From a virus: 64,000 nt of DNA. The notes under the pieces are model-generated. The model was not told where the DNA came from, did not search any database, and saw nothing but the letters and a program-made list of their open reading frames with translations. The DNA lies in the IMG/VR virus record IMGVR_UViG_3300040786_000061, one strand, 5' to 3'. Of this stretch, positions 37,965 through 53,807 are shown piece by piece; the first letter of the stretch is position 1; each line of letters opens with the position of its first letter. The position numbers and the translations under genes were made by a program.

Positions 37965-38139
37965 TCAACGAAAATTGATTAGTAAAATAAACGAAGCTTC
38001 AAATTTAATACATAAAACATCACGCAGAGGATATGGTAACAACTATATCGTTAGTAAGTTAGTATATGATATTATATTTGGAGAAAGTATAAATACTGTT
38101 CGAATTAGGAAAATTAATAAATTATGGAACAGAAGTTAA
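37957..38139 (+). CDS. small protein with C-terminal RIRKINKL tail
   Basis: Intact 60-aa ORF. Confidence 0.6.
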   Translation: MDNQRKLISKINEASNLIHKTSRRGYGNNYIVSKLVYDIIFGESINTVRIRKINKLWNRS

Positions 38140-38293
38140 TAGATATTGAAGAAAAAAGTTAAGACTATTAAAGGCACTTAAAGACTGGCCTTCAAGAGAA
38201 TCAAATGTAACTATTGATTTACCATATTTATATAAGTCACTTGGAATTAGTCCAATAAATGAGATTAGAAAAATAAGATAGATAGAATAATAA

Positions 38294-38703
38294 ATGGATA
38301 AACAAGAAAATACGACATAACCTATTTAAAATGGCAACTGAGTGGTCTAAACTATCACATTGTGTTAGAAAAAAGTAGGTGCAATAATTGTAAAGAATGG
38401 TATGATTATATCTGATGGGTTCAATGGAATGCCTTCAGGTTTAGATAATTGTTGTGAGACTAATGGTGAAACAAATTGGAATGTTATTCACGCAGAAGAA
38501 AATGCAATTATAAAATGCGCCAAACACGGACAGTCTTGTGAGGGTTCTACGTTGTATCAGACACACTCACCTTGCCAGAATTGTTCTAAGTTAATATTAC
38601 AGTCTGGTATAAAAGATTAGTTTATATTGAAGATTATAAAGACATATCTGGATTAAACTTTCTAAGAGATTCAGGTATAGAAATAAGCAAAATAGATGTT
38701 TAG
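38294..38703 (+). CDS. dCMP deaminase
   Basis: 'SHCVR.KVGAII', 'GFNG', 'HAEENAI', 'SPCQNC'. Confidence 0.92.
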
Positions 38704-39170
38704 TGAGTATATAAACAATCCTAGAAAAAATGCACCAATTCTTTTCAGGATAGATGGATATAATATTGATAATATTAGTTTATTTATAAATAATTGTAAG
38801 ATGGCATTAATGATGGAATAACTGCATCATTTGATTTGAAACTTTGGATGAATGATTTTCTGAATAAGTATTATAAATATATATCATATAACTATTTGTC
38901 CTAGATTTGAGATTAATGGTATTTTATTTTCATGTAAAACCAAATTAGAAGAAGAAGAACTTGATGAATTCTTTTACTATAGGCATCGAAACTTAGCACT
39001 TTTATATGTTATAAAAAAAATATCTTTAGAAACATTTAAGATAATTTATGAAATAAGATACATAGATATAACAAGCAAAGAAGATGAAAGAGAATTTAAG
39101 TTACTTGATATATTAGAAGAGAACAATAGTTCTCTTTTTTTTTAATATAAACGAAACAATAAACTAAATT

Positions 39171-39507
39171 ATGTATGAATATAAAGCAAGTGTAATAAAG
39201 GTATACGATGGAGATACAATTACCGCACAAGTAGACTTAGGGTTTCATTTTAATTTTACTAATTCATTTAGGTTAGCTAGAATTGATTGTCCTGAGGTTA
39301 GAGGTGAATCTAGAGAAGAAGGATTAAAGAGTAGAGATAGATTAAGAGAACTAATAATGGGTAAAGATATAATAATAAAACTATTAAAGATAGAACTGAA
39401 AAGTATGGTAGATATTTAGCAGAAGTCTATATAAATATAGATGATATTGAAGTTAATATAAATGACCTTTAGTGACCGAAGGATTGGCAATCTACAAAGA
39501 TTACTAA
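39171..39507 (+). CDS. thermonuclease (SNase-like)
   Basis: 'VYDGDTI', 'RLARIDCPE', 'KYGRYLA'. Confidence 0.9.
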
Positions 39508-39529
39508 TTAAAGTAAAAATATATAAAAT

Positions 39530-40076
39530 ATGAAAATAGTAAAATTTAACGAGTTTATTAAAGAACAAATGGATGGTTTAGTAGATACTGTTGAGACCAA
39601 TTCTGAAATACTTTTAAAAGTATTAAAGTCTAAAATCGAAAAGATGTTTGATGAAGAAGAAGTTGATGAAGATGAAGTAATGACATTGAAAAAAGCAAAA
39701 GAATCCTCTAAGAATAAACAAAAGCCTACATTTAAAGAGTTTGGGATGGTGTTAGATAGCACAGAAGTATCTATGAAGAATAAAGACTCTAACAGTTAAA
39801 TTCTCAGATGATGAAAATACATATAACCTATACATAAAATAGATATTAAAGCAGTTCTACCTGAGGACGGACAAGATGACTTTACTATTGATGATGTTAA
39901 GAAATGTTATATTAAATTTAAGAATATGACCTTGATACATTTGAGGTTATAGGTCAACTTGCTAAGAATGTAGACCCTAAAGAAATAGACCAAGAGTTCA
40001 TAGTTAATTTAAAACTTGAAGTTGATGAAATGTTTGATCAGGGAGATGATGTATTTAAAATAGAAACTACAAATAA
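39530..40076 (+). CDS. leader-tagged acidic protein (MKIVKFNEFIKE)
   Basis: ORF 39530-39799 continues across an indel. Confidence 0.6.
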
Positions 40077-40079
40077 TTT

Positions 40080-40444
40080 ATGAAAAGTATAAAAACTGGA
40101 AATCTTTTAATGAGAGTGAAAGTTCCAAATTTAAAAGTTATGAATATGTTGATAGAAGTTATGATGGAAAAATTGTACAAATAGGTATGTTTGAGAAGAT
40201 AACTAAAAGATCAAATAAAATTAGGTGATAGGTTTATATGTCCTTCGTCATCAGAATATAAATCAGGAATAGTAGATAGTAATACAATGAAACCTATTCT
40301 ATTATTTTGTAAAAAAAGTAGTTCTGAGCATCATATTGGATTTTCAACTCATGAAAATAGTAAAGTGTTCCAAGTATTGCTTGGGACTTATATTTATATT
40401 AAGAAAAATTTAGTATCCGAATTTGATAAGGAAGAACATTTAAT
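40080..40444 (+). CDS. leader-tagged hypothetical protein (MKSIK.WKSFNE)
   Basis: Hand translation across indels. Confidence 0.45.
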
Positions 40445-40453
40445 AAATAATGT

Positions 40454-40949
40454 ATGATAAATATAGTAACCAACTTTCAAATATTACAAGAATTTAAAAA
40501 ATCAAGATACTTTAAAGTAAATTTAGGATTGATAGCAACTGTTGAAAAGAACGGTAAGAGAGCATTTAATAACCAAGATAAATTCTCATTCTCATATAAT
40601 ACCAACTATAATACAACAATTTTAGGACAAGGCAGTGTAGGTGATATTAAATTTTATGTAGATCACTTTATTAATGAACCAATATTTGCTGTATATACAG
40701 ATGATAATGAAGAGTTTATATTTGATATAGATATAAAAATGATACGAGAAAAAGGTATTGAATTCTACTTAGGTTTCATACTAAAACTGTTGAAGAAGAA
40801 TATAATAAGAAAGTCGAGAATGACGAACTTAAAAAGATGGAAGCCAAACCAATTGGTAATCCTGAGAACATTTTGATAATCCAGGTAATGTAAACTACGA
40901 AGACCTTAAAGAATATCTAAAGAATAAAAATAAAAATAGATATAACTAA
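40454..40949 (+). CDS. hypothetical protein
   Basis: 140-aa ORF plus a frameshifted tail. Confidence 0.6.
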
Positions 40950-41266
40950 TTATAAATACAATTCTAATATTTTATACACTTCTGCTTTTAACATCAAGTA
41001 AGTCATCAAAGTAGAAAAGGTACTCTAACTCATCATCAAAGATATAAAGGTATATCTTATCATCTACCTCGTTATATTCAATAGAATTAAAGACATCATT
41101 ACCTAAAGATATATCAACTACTATTTCGGATATATCAACACCTAAAACGTCAATTAATCTTCTAACTTTTTTATTAATTACTGTGTTAAAATTCCTTTCA
41201 TATAACTATATATTAATAATTAGTAAGTTTAAATTTTTATATATACTATAATAAAAAAAATAAAAG

Positions 41267-42516
41267 ATGAAACTAACTAGTTATAAAGAATATATTTTAG
41301 AGAAAGTTATCTACGACATGATATTAGAATCAAAGATTGTATTTTCTAAGAATTTTCTAGGAATTTTAAGTAAGATGGGAAGTAATGAGGTCGCAAAAGA
41401 ACTCGTAAAATTGTATAATAAAGATATCGACGGTGTGCAACATAACTATATCGATACTACTGATGAAAAAGACTCCGTTAGTTTTACTCAGATAGAAAAG
41501 CTATAGAACTCAATAAAGATTATGTAGAAAAATGGAAAGTAATTGCAGATAGTAGATATCTAACTCATAGTGATAAAAACGATAGAATATTTGAGAGACT
41601 TGGATACGAAAAGCGGATAGAGAAGAATGGCATCCTCAAGTAGGTACGGTAGGTATTATTATGAAAGAGACTATTGGTAGTCACGGTAAAATATACGTAC
41701 TATTTGAAAGTGATGGTAAAACAAGTGTATTAAACAAATTAGCATTAGAGAATATTGGTGAAGATAGTAGAGCATGGTCAACATCAAGAAATAATATAAA
41801 GATAGGTAGATTGGTTAGATCTATATTAAAAGTAAGTGGTGTAAGTTTTATCGAAAAGGATATTGAGACTTTGTTAATAAATATAAGGCGACATTTGACT
41901 TTTCCAAAAATATGATTAAGCAATTTGATATCGTAAAAGGAGATGATATTAAATATTGGTATAAAGGTAATAATTATGAAGGAAATGGAGGTACTTTAAA
42001 TGGATCTTGTATGAAAACTCTGATAGTGAGTTATTTGACTTATATTCTATGAATTCTAATGTCTCACTTGTTATACTTTATGATGATAATGGTTCTATAG
42101 ATGATAATGAAAATACACATCTGATAAAATTAAAGGACGTGCGATACTTTGGAAAACAGATAAAGGTATGTTTATGGATAGAATATACACCGCACATGAT
42201 TCTGATTTAAATCTATTCAAAGAGTTTGCAACTAAATCAAATTTTTGGTTTAAAACAGAGCAAGATATGGAAGTTGATACTCAGATTACAAATGGCACAG
42301 AGACTAAAAGTTAGAACTTACAGTAAGTTTAGATACTACGGATTTCTATAGATATCCATATTGTGATACAATAGCATATTTAAATAAAAGTAATAATATT
42401 TCAAACAGTGATGATGATTATGAACTTGAACTAAAAACACCGATGGTAGTGCAATGGGTGATGAAGATGATGGGTATTATGACGGTTATGATGAAGACTA
42501 TTCAGATGAAGATTAA
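41267..42516 (+). CDS. leader-tagged conserved phage protein (GSCM/GRA.LW/MDRIY/YPY.DT family)
   Basis: MKLTSYKEYILE...; 'IKIGRLV', 'GDDIKYWY', 'NGSCM', 'KGRAILW', 'FMDRIYT', 'YPYCDT'; acidic tail. Confidence 0.65.
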
Positions 42517-42521
42517 TAAAA

Positions 42522-42550
42522 AAAAAACCCAATCAAATTGATTGGGTTTT
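42522..42550. terminator. bidirectional terminator
   Basis: AAAACCCAATCA-AAT-TGATTGGGTTTT between convergent genes. Confidence 0.8.
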
Positions 42551-42556
42551 ATTTTA

Positions 42557-44420
<1,864 letters not shown>

Positions 44421-44546
44421 TTATTTTATTTTTTTGTGTTTAATATTATTCAATTTTTTATGCCAATTAAAAAAACAATTTGTCAGTTTTAATATTTAAC
44501 ATTGTCAGTTTTATATAAATTTTTTATATAAAGTTTAAATTATTTT

Positions 44547-44821
44547 ATTTATTTGAATACATTTTCAGATAGAAAGAACGATTGCTTGGTATAACTCCTA
44601 TCTCGCTATCTAAAAGATTAATAATTCTAGACCTTTCTTTACTTGAACTATACTTATCAAGTTCCTTGAAGAATGTATTTCTTCTTAATTCAAGGTCTCT
44701 ATCACCTCCAAAATAATCTGGTTTCTCTGATTCTAACCATTTCTTATACTTTGATACTAGCCTCGAATCTACTTTACCCGCTAAAGATTCATTAAAATTT
44801 AAAATTTTGTATATTTTTCAT
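44547..44821 (-). CDS. small leader-tagged protein (MKNIQNF..FNESL)
   Basis: Hand translation; TAATATATA upstream. Confidence 0.5.
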
Positions 44822-45108
44822 ATATTAATTTTATTTTTTATATATTAAAATCTACATACCATTTTCAATTATCTGATACCTACTTAGTTCTTTTCAAACT
44901 TCATATTCCTATCTATCAATATTTTTTTGAATAGTGTTTTGTAACAACAAAATTCATCTTCATCGAGGTAAAGATTCCTACTCGCTAATTTAGCAAGTGT
45001 AATTTCTTTTTCATACTTAACCGCTCTTGACCTCTCAATTTCACCTTTATAAAAAATCAAGGCTTTTACAATCTCATTTACTTCTTTTAAGTTCTTCATA
45101 TTTTTATT

Positions 45109-45357
45109 TTAAAATTCTAACAATAACACTAATTTTAAGTCACGTACTAAAGAACTCTTAATATTCATTTCATCAAAGTATTCAATAATTTTAATAATTT
45201 CTTTTTTAAAATTATCTTCTGTGGGTTCTATTGTATACTTTCCATCAGTAAAAGCCTTTTCGATATCTCTTAATTTAGATGCCATTTCATAATCTTGTAC
45301 TTGTATACTATCTTCTTTTAACTCAACTATTTTCCTAATAATTTTATTCTGTATCAT
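45109..45357 (-). CDS. UVR (UvrB/C-like) motif protein with C-terminal RDLKL tail
   Basis: 'KEDSIQVQDYEMASKLRDIEK'; ends VRDLKLVLLLEF*. Confidence 0.6.
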   Translation of the reverse strand: MIQNKIIRKIVELKEDSIQVQDYEMASKLRDIEKAFTDGKYTIEPTEDNFKKEIIKIIEYFDEMNIKSSLVRDLKLVLLLEF

Positions 45358-45359
45358 AA

Positions 45360-45704
45360 TTATATTGATTCATCAAGGTTTAATAAGTCTTTTAACTTTT
45401 GGTCTCTCTTTTCTACTAAAGTTGTGTTTGAGCCAGTCTCCCATTTTATTTTAAAATCTTCAATAAATACAATACCTTCTTCTTTTGTTTTAAATTCTTT
45501 ACCACTTCGAATAGCACTTGTAGAATCTAAATCTGAGTAAGAATTACATATCTCACCAGTCAGTTTACTTCCATATGCACTTTTAGATAAGAAACTACAA
45601 AATATCCAAAGTACTTTTTTCAGTATCGAAGACTCCATAAACACCTAACTCTGTTGAGCCAAAATCATTAATCTTGGTAGAGTACAACATTCTATTTTTT
45701 TCAT
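45360..45704 (-). CDS. hypothetical protein with C-terminal RDQKLKDLL tail
   Basis: Ends VEKRDQKLKDLLNLDESI*. Confidence 0.6.
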
Positions 45705-46966
45705 AATAATACTTTTAAATAAGGACTCTAAAGAATTAGAGTCCTGTCTAATTTTGACAACCATTCTCTTGCAATTAATAACTTGTTAGTCTCCTTAGAT
45801 AGCCAACCTTTTGCAAGTTCATATATATCACATGATTCTATTACTGATTCAAACTTTTCATATGACTCATATATTTCTAAAATTTCTTCTCTTGAAAGTT
45901 TTTTAATTCATCTGCTTTCGCTAATTGCATAACTTCACCAAAGTTAATATCTTTTTTTCTAAATTGTAATGCATATTCTTTTCTTGATCCTACATTTAAG
46001 TAGTTATCATAAGAAACATTTATATCAAATATTTTTCGAGAAATCTCAGACCTAACTATTGAAATTATCTTTCCGATTCTTTCATGTAATTCTTTTTCAT
46101 CTTCTGGTATTTGTGAGATAACATCATCAATTTCATCTTTTAAGATATAATCAATTAAGACATTTTCTTTTGTAACATCCTCTGTTAAAGGTTGTGTAAT
46201 AGAAAATACCATTCTGTTTTCAACTTAATCATAACACCATTTTCAAAGAACAATCCAACCTTCTTTGTCTATTTCTGTTTTAGACCTTTCTATCAATTCG
46301 TCTAGTGTGCCAGTTTCAAAAGGAGCAACTTTTATTGAACCTATTTTATCAAGATAATCATTTAAATCTAAGTATTCACCAGTTTTATTATCTCTCATTC
46401 TCAATAGTATTAACTCTTCTTGTAAATACCTTAACACTATTCTATTCATAGGTGATACATATTCAAAGTTGCATCTATTCCATTATCCAATGTCCAGTCA
46501 ACAAAGTTTTTTACATCTTCATTAGTGTTATAGACTCTGTTTATACCGACTGCTTGGTCAGATTCAAATGACATTTTAGATTTACCTAAAACCTTACCAT
46601 TTGGTAATTTAACAAATGATGCAACAGAACCATCTTCTTTATTGTAGATAGATTTTATTTTGAAATCTTTAACCACAGAGTATACAGAAGAAGCAACTTG
46701 GTTTAAGTTGAAGAACTTATCTAATAATATATGTCTATTGAATAAGAACCATCGGTATTAAACACGTAAGTTATTCCTCTCATTTCATATCCATTTAATT
46801 CAGAACCTTCGATTGGGTTTTCAAAGTCAGAAAATTGAGCAAGTCTATAGTTAAAAGTAGATACAGAATATCCATCGACTACGGTTTTAGATTCGTAGAA
46901 TACATCAGTTCTTGAAGATAATTCAAGTGCATCAGAATAAGATGGTATGTTATAGATTTTTTTCAT
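45701..46966 (-). CDS. T4 Rnl1-like RNA ligase
   Basis: 'FNYRLA', 'EMRGITY', 'KFFNLNQ', motif I 'KEDGS', 'NRIVLRY', 'EGWIV', 'KLKTEWY'. Confidence 0.88.
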
Positions 46967-46991
46967 AATGACAAAGATAGTGAATATAAAT

Positions 46992-47018
46992 AAAAACCCA
47001 TCATAATTGATGGGTTTT
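46992..47018. terminator. intrinsic terminator
   Basis: AAAACCCATCA-TAAT-TGATGGGTTTT. Confidence 0.75.
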
Positions 47019-47166
47019 ATTTTATATTAAAATTAAACTTTTGTGTTTAGAATTTCATCAATCTTTCTATCTCTGCGTTCTACTTTTTTTTTTGTATATC
47101 GTTTCTATATCTTTCAATAAACTTAGTATACAATTCGATATGTTTTATTTCATTCTCTTCTCTCAT

Positions 47167-47589
47167 TATACTAAACTATTTAAATTAGCATTTCTATTTA
47201 TTACTTTATCACCACCTAAGTAAGTCTTTATGTTACTAACAGTGAATTTATAAGACTTACCTGCTGAGTTTGATGCGATAACTGGATATTTTCTATTTGC
47301 TAGTTTAATCTCTGTTATTTTATAAGTACCATTTTTCCGCTAAAATTCATACCGATAACATTTTGAGTAAATCCTAATCTTTTACACATACTTAAATTCT
47401 TTGCATCAGTTACTTCTGGAACATTTTCAACTCCTTTTCCGATGGTATTAATCGTCATTGTGCTTTTATAAGAATCAGAATCATATCTACAAACACCGAA
47501 GTTTATTTTAATATTTTCTTCTTTTCGATTTGTAAAATTGCTAATTTAATCTTACGTTGAATGTCGTTTATTCTATCAGAGTTTATCAT
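47167..47589 (-). CDS. conserved phage hypothetical protein
   Basis: MINSDRINDIQRKIK...'YKITEIKLANRKYPVIA...GKSYKF'...NRNANLNSLV*; TAnnTTG promoter upstream. Confidence 0.55.
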
Positions 47590-48125
47590 ATCTTTTTTTT
47601 TGTTTTACAAGATAAGGAATAACTACATTACAAACAAGTAATATTTAGAATATTTTACTTTTATTTTATTAAAGTCTCAACAACTTTATATTGTTTATCA
47701 CTAAATATTTTTATTGACTTACCATTGTGTTCTACTCTTGTTAGATTTTTATTGGTTTTAATTGTTTTTGCAAGACAATACAAAGAGTTGTGTCCTTCAT
47801 ATAGTCTTATTGTTTTATTCAACTCTATCTTTCTATAATTTCCATAATTAATGTTTAAGAATAATTTTTACAAATATATATATTATTTGATATTCACTAT
47901 TCTTAATTTATATTTTCTCCATTAAGAGCTCTTTCTGCTAATCTAACAAAACGTGCTTCTTCAATTATATTAAAACAGGAAGTTCCATAACTTCTGGTTC
48001 TCTATTTTCTCTTTTTGCTCTACTTTCTTCAACAAGACTAAACCTTTAATTGGTTTTCTTTAATTTCTAAAACTTTGTTTTCTATATGTTCTGGAATATG
48101 TGCCATGTTTTTGTTTTTTTTTATG

Positions 48126-50255
48126 TTATGTTGTTACATCTGATGTTACTACTTGATCTAAATTATTATAATAGCTTATTCTTGTTTGATTATCAGACCT
48201 TCTAAAAGAGTTTTTTTGAATACGTTTGAAATATTGTTGCAGATGCTATATTTCAACTATGTCTCCATTTTGTGCGTATAAATTTTGAATTATTTTTCCA
48301 GTTAAAGGAAATGTTAATCAGAATAATAGAACTTTTGTCAAATGTGTTTTAATAATCTGACTAGTAATTAATGTGTTGGAATTAATAGAACTAACAGCAT
48401 TTATTCTATTATTAATAATTGCTCAAGTGATAATACATTGTTATTTATGTTAGAATCCATAGAAATTGAGTTAGAAAAAATATTTGAAGAACCTGATGGT
48501 GTTGTATTATTTATATTATTACCCCTTTCTATAACGTTATTGGTTATAGATGAAGAACCTGATACTAAATTTGTACTTATATTATTGTTTCATTTACATT
48601 CCCAGCAATAGTAGACCCATTTACTGTGTTATTAATTATGCTATTACCCTGATTTTGTCCAGCACCTTTTAAATTGTTATCTCTTATAGAGATGCAATTA
48701 CAGTGTTATTATTAATTTTATCATTATTTGTTAAAAAGTTTCCACCTATATTACCATTTTCAGTTATAGTATTACCATTAATTTGAGAAAACTTTTCTAA
48801 TGTATTAAAACGCATTTCATTATATGGTTCCAGTAGAAATCGTTGTATTATTATCCATACTAGAAAATGATGATAATTCTGCCATTTCTATTCTACTTTT
48901 TTTATATAACGTATTATTTGAAACACTACAGTTTTCGTCATATATATTCCCCTAATATAGCAATAAAATAGTCTACCTCACTTATTGTTGTATTATTGTT
49001 TATTTGGCTATTATCTGAGATTTTTATTGAAAAAATAGCTGCGTTAAAAAGTGTGTTATTAGAAATTTCACTACTATTATTGTCAATATATCCTATGTAG
49101 CCACGTCCTGTAATTAATGTATTATTTATACTTGCATAGCTATGTAACTTTACATTATAAAATAATCCACCATTCGTTAAAGAAATATTATCAAACATAG
49201 CACTACCTTGTGTTAAATCAATATTCTGATGTGTTGCCTATAAAATTTAAATTATCAAAATATGAAGCATTAATATGACAATTCGCATTTCCACCAAAAC
49301 TCGACATAATCAAAGGATTACCAAGTTGAAATACTTGTATACCAGATTCTGGCTGATTAGGTATCCAGTATGCATCTTCTGAAGTTTTGTATGGGTAAGT
49401 AACAAAATTACCCTTCTATTTCATGTCGAGTTACTATAAAATCATTTTTTATATCATATTCAATCACATCTAAAACTCTATTATAATTTATTTCATCATA
49501 AACATCTTTTTCCAATTTGTAACATCTAACAAAAATCTAGTATCAAAATCCCCAATGTTGCCAGTAAGATTTGTCCATGAATATCCTCCCAAATTGCTTT
49601 ATCACCTATAGCATAAGTTTTAATAATAACATTACTTATATTAGCAACAGCGCCACTAACATTTCCTGTTATGCTTGTAGATGCACTCAATTTCCATTTA
49701 CTGGTGAAAATGCTTACTTTCAAATATGCTATAAAAGGTACCAGTCGCTCCATTATTTGAGTGATAAGTTCATTTTATTAAATTTTCCACTTATTAATGT
49801 TACTGTCCATGTACTTTTATTAAACCATATATTATATCCGTTAATGGTTTTATTATATTTTGGATTATAAAACTCACCATGTCCAACAGATGCCAATTCT
49901 TTTATTTGTTAATGCGTGTAAGTAAATAGTGGTACCTTTATTAGTGCCATCATTATATAAATTTGGATGTACACCAGTTATTTTGTATAATACTCCTGGA
50001 ATTAATTGACTGTTTGTAATTAAAACATCTATTTCTTGTTTAGTTTTACTCACATATAATATAGCACCTGAGGGACCAGTTGCACCTACCGCACCAGAAC
50101 CACCAACATATGAAACTTCACCTGAACTATCTTTTGCAATAATGAACCCTTGGAAATCCACCTCCACCTGAATGATACGCAATAGTGACAGCATCACCTT
50201 TTGGATTATTCAAAGGTTCATGTCGATTTCTCTACCAAAAGTAATTTTACTCATT
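48126..50255 (-). CDS. fibre/adhesin-like protein with Asn-rich parallel beta-helix repeats
   Basis: MSKITFGRE..., short GATGPSG collagen-like patch, 'LITNSQLIPGVLYKIT', many 'I.NN.L...S.I' repeats; TAATATATA upstream. Confidence 0.65.
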
Positions 50256-50297
50256 ATTTCTACAATATTTTATAAAGTATATATTAAAATATTATAA

Positions 50298-50326
50298 AAA
50301 AAAAACCGAGAATATCTCGGTTTTTT
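50298..50326. terminator. intrinsic terminator after dnaJ
   Basis: AAAAAACCGAGA-ATA-TCTCGGTTTTTT. Confidence 0.8.
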
Positions 50327-51375
50327 ATTTAAATTTAAAGTTTATCGATTTTTTTAAATCTTCGAGTATTCTTTTTCTTCGCTATTTATATTATTAGGTA
50401 TTTTAACCTTTATATTTACAAATAGATCACCAAGACCTAAGTTAATATCAGGCACTCCTTTCCCAGATATTCTGATAACTTTCCCGTGTTCAGTTCCTGG
50501 TGCAATATTTACAACTTCTAATCCACGAGGGTTCTAACGAAACATTAGATCAATTATTGCATCGATAACAGATATCTCTTTCTCTACTATTAAACTACCA
50601 CCATCCCTTTTAAAATATTCTTCTTTAATCTCGTCGATTAATATGTGTAAGTCACCTGATATTCCATTTAATACTGAATTTCCATATCCTTGCATAGTTA
50701 ACTTCATTCCACTACCAACACCTGCAGGTATATTAATATCAATCAGTTCTTCTTTCACAACGGTACCGGATCCTCTACAGACACCACATTTATTAAGTAT
50801 TTGTCTACCATTTCCATTACATTCACCACAATTAACGGCTTGTCTTACTTGACCAAATGGAGTATTCTGTAATATAATTCTTTGTCCTTTTCCCTTACAA
50901 CCATTACACTCTCTTACATCACTTCCTCCTTTACCATCACAAGATTTACAAGAATCATTTTTTTATTATACTTTACTTTTTTTAGCACAACCAGTTATAA
51001 TTTCTTCTATATTTAATGATAGTCTTATATTTAAGTCTCCTCCTTTTTGTTGCCTTCTTTGTTGACCTCCAAATTGCTGACCGCCTCCAAAATATCTCAA
51101 ATTGTGAGAATATATCGTCCATGTTGAATCCAAATCCTTGTCCACCTCCAAATGGATTACCAGAAGATTTACCATCTGTTGATCCAAAACGATCATAATT
51201 ACTCTTTTATCATTGTCTGATAGAACATCATAAGCACTTGAAATCTCCTTAAATTTTCTTCTGCATTAGAATCTTTATTTACATCAGGTGATATTCTTAG
51301 ATAATTTCTATATGCTTTTTTTAGTTCATCTTGTGTTGCATTTCTATCAACCCCTAATACGTTATATAAATCCAT
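50325..51375 (-). CDS. dnaJ: molecular chaperone DnaJ (class A)
   Basis: J-domain 'LYNVLGV...KKAYR...HPD', G/F region, CxxCxGxG repeats, 'IPAGV', 'PGTEHG...I.GKG'. Confidence 0.95.
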
Positions 51376-51379
51376 AATT

Positions 51380-51781
51380 TAATTTAATATTTTATTTAAT
51401 TTGTCTTCTCTATTCTTGAAATAATTTTATTTTTTTATCGCATCTACTATAAAACTTTCTATATGCAAAAGAGCCTTCCGGTGCATTTTTTACTCGTTTC
51501 TATATCCTCTCAACTTTAACTCACCTTCTATATAACTAATATACTTACCTTTAGCATTTACTTGTAAGTAATCAACATTTTCTATGATGAATCCAATACC
51601 AATATCTACATTTACATTACCTTTATAGAATATTTCATCAACGTTAATATAAACTATACTATCTTTATTATCTCTAATAAAGTCTAAATAGAATAAATAT
51701 AAAGTTTCATTATCATATTAGCCGAATCTTTATATTTTTATATAAAAATCCCAAAATATGAATTTACAAATAATCTTTCAT
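51380..51781 (-). CDS. hypothetical protein with C-terminal REDKLNKIL tail
   Basis: Ends KNREDKLNKILN*. Confidence 0.5.
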
Positions 51782-52575
51782 TTTTGTATAACTTCTTTAA
51801 TAGTTTCTTTTATTTTCTAAAAGTATCTTATCCTTTCTATGTTAGAAGACTCTTTATTATCAATATATCCACTATCATATAAACCTACTATAATATTTGA
51901 ATAAAGAGAGTTAAAACTTAAGCGATTTATATCTTCTAGTAAAATTTCCTTATAATCTTCATTTACCCAGCAAAACCACTCCGTATGTAATCTTTATCTT
52001 CTAGGTTAGCAATCTTATCTTTATACTTCTCTATTAATTTCATTTATTTCGAAAATTTATATTACTAATTATCAAATTCTTATCTACTAACTTCTAATTG
52101 TTAAATCTCTTATCTCCTGCTCTATATTACCATTAAAGTTATATGCTCTGTCAAATAAGTTGGCAACATGATTATCAACTATTAATTGTATAGTCTCTAT
52201 TGTTCTATCAAGATATATGAATGGTCTTAAAGAGTTTTAGAATCTTGTATCATAACCACAAATACGTTAAATACTCATCTATATCAAAATAAGAAAGAAT
52301 AATCTTAATTTACTACCTTTTAATATTGTAGGTGGATCTTGATAAACTTTAATATAAAGTCTTCGTATAGAAGGTAATATTATATCCAATATATCATCTT
52401 CATCTTCATATAATTTACCTAATAACTCATCACTATCAAATAAATGTAACTTTTATCTAATACATAATCTAATATATCCTTAAAGTCAGATGAATTAACA
52501 ACACCATTACATAAAGCATCTGTTAATTCATCTCTATAACTTCTATTTTGTAAATATCAAATATGGACAAACCCA

Positions 52576-53019
52576 TTATTTACCTAAGACTATTTTAGGA
52601 TACCTAAAAATTTTACCATTAATAGAATATCCTTTACTAGCAACATCAATTATTTTAGACTCACCAATATCTAAAACACTTATAACCTCATGCTCATCTG
52701 CATCATATATCTCAGTCTGTATGCTTTCTATACCCTGTCCTTTAAGAAAATTCTCTAACTTACTGGCAATTAGTGACACACCTTTCTTAGCATCTTCATT
52801 CTCAATTGTTTTAAATGCAATTGAAATATCACTATCCATATCAAGAATAGATGATAACATCTTAGATTTAGTCTCTAAACTAAATCTCTTTCTGTTTGTT
52901 TATTCTTTTCTTATAATTTTCAAACTCCGCATAAAGTCTCAAGTACTTATCTTCGGATTCGTTTAATCTTTCTTCGATGGTTAATTCTATATTTTCTATG
53001 TTTTCTTTTCTTCTTCCAT
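52576..53019 (-). CDS. grpE: nucleotide exchange factor GrpE
   Basis: 'YLRLYAEFENYK', 'YDADEHEVIS', 'KGYSINGKIFRYPKIV'. Confidence 0.9.
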
Positions 53020-53351
53020 TAGTTTAATATTATATTTAGTTTATAATCTCTTATATCATTTTCGTGTATAAAGATACTGACGTGTTTTACTCAATTGACC
53101 ATTATACGTATAAGCGACTATCAATAAAACCAGGTACTGTATTTGTATTGATACTATATACATCTACTATTTTACTTTGAAAGATTCCAAAATTGATTTA
53201 TATAGTATTAAGTCTTTTTCTGGTATGTCCTTTATATATCATCAATAATTAAATTTAAGTAATTTCTTTACGTGATTTGAGCTATAAAACTCTGTTATAA
53301 CACCTTATCTTCTATCTGATGTACTTCTAATTTTTCTAATAAAATTTTCAT
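53020..53351 (-). CDS. hypothetical protein with C-terminal RDYKLNIIL tail
   Basis: Ends HENDIRDYKLNIILN*. Confidence 0.5.
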
Positions 53352-53807
53352 ACCATCAATATAATTTACTAAATCTTTAATCCATTTTCCCAAGCCGGAC
53401 TTGGTTCCCAATAGGAAGGAAACTTATCAAGAAATTTATCTACTGCTAAGTCAAATCCTTTTTCCTAATAAGTAACATATCTTTATCCTTACTTGACTTA
53501 TTACTAAGAAATTCAGCAACATAAGTATTAAACTTATGAATCAGATTAGTTGTTTCTATTATTTTTAAGAGCCCCATAACAAGTGCATCTCTTTCAGAGA
53601 TTTCTACCTCTGCATTTTCTTTAATATTTTTCTGCTTCTTTATCGGATCCCACTATATAGTAAGTATAAGAGTCCCATAAACCTCTTTTTTATTATTTCT
53701 TCTGCACATAATGTGATTTTCATATTTAATATATAATTTATTAATTATAACCAAAATACATAATAAGTTTACAATCACATAAACTTTAATCAAAAAAAGC
53801 AAAAAAA

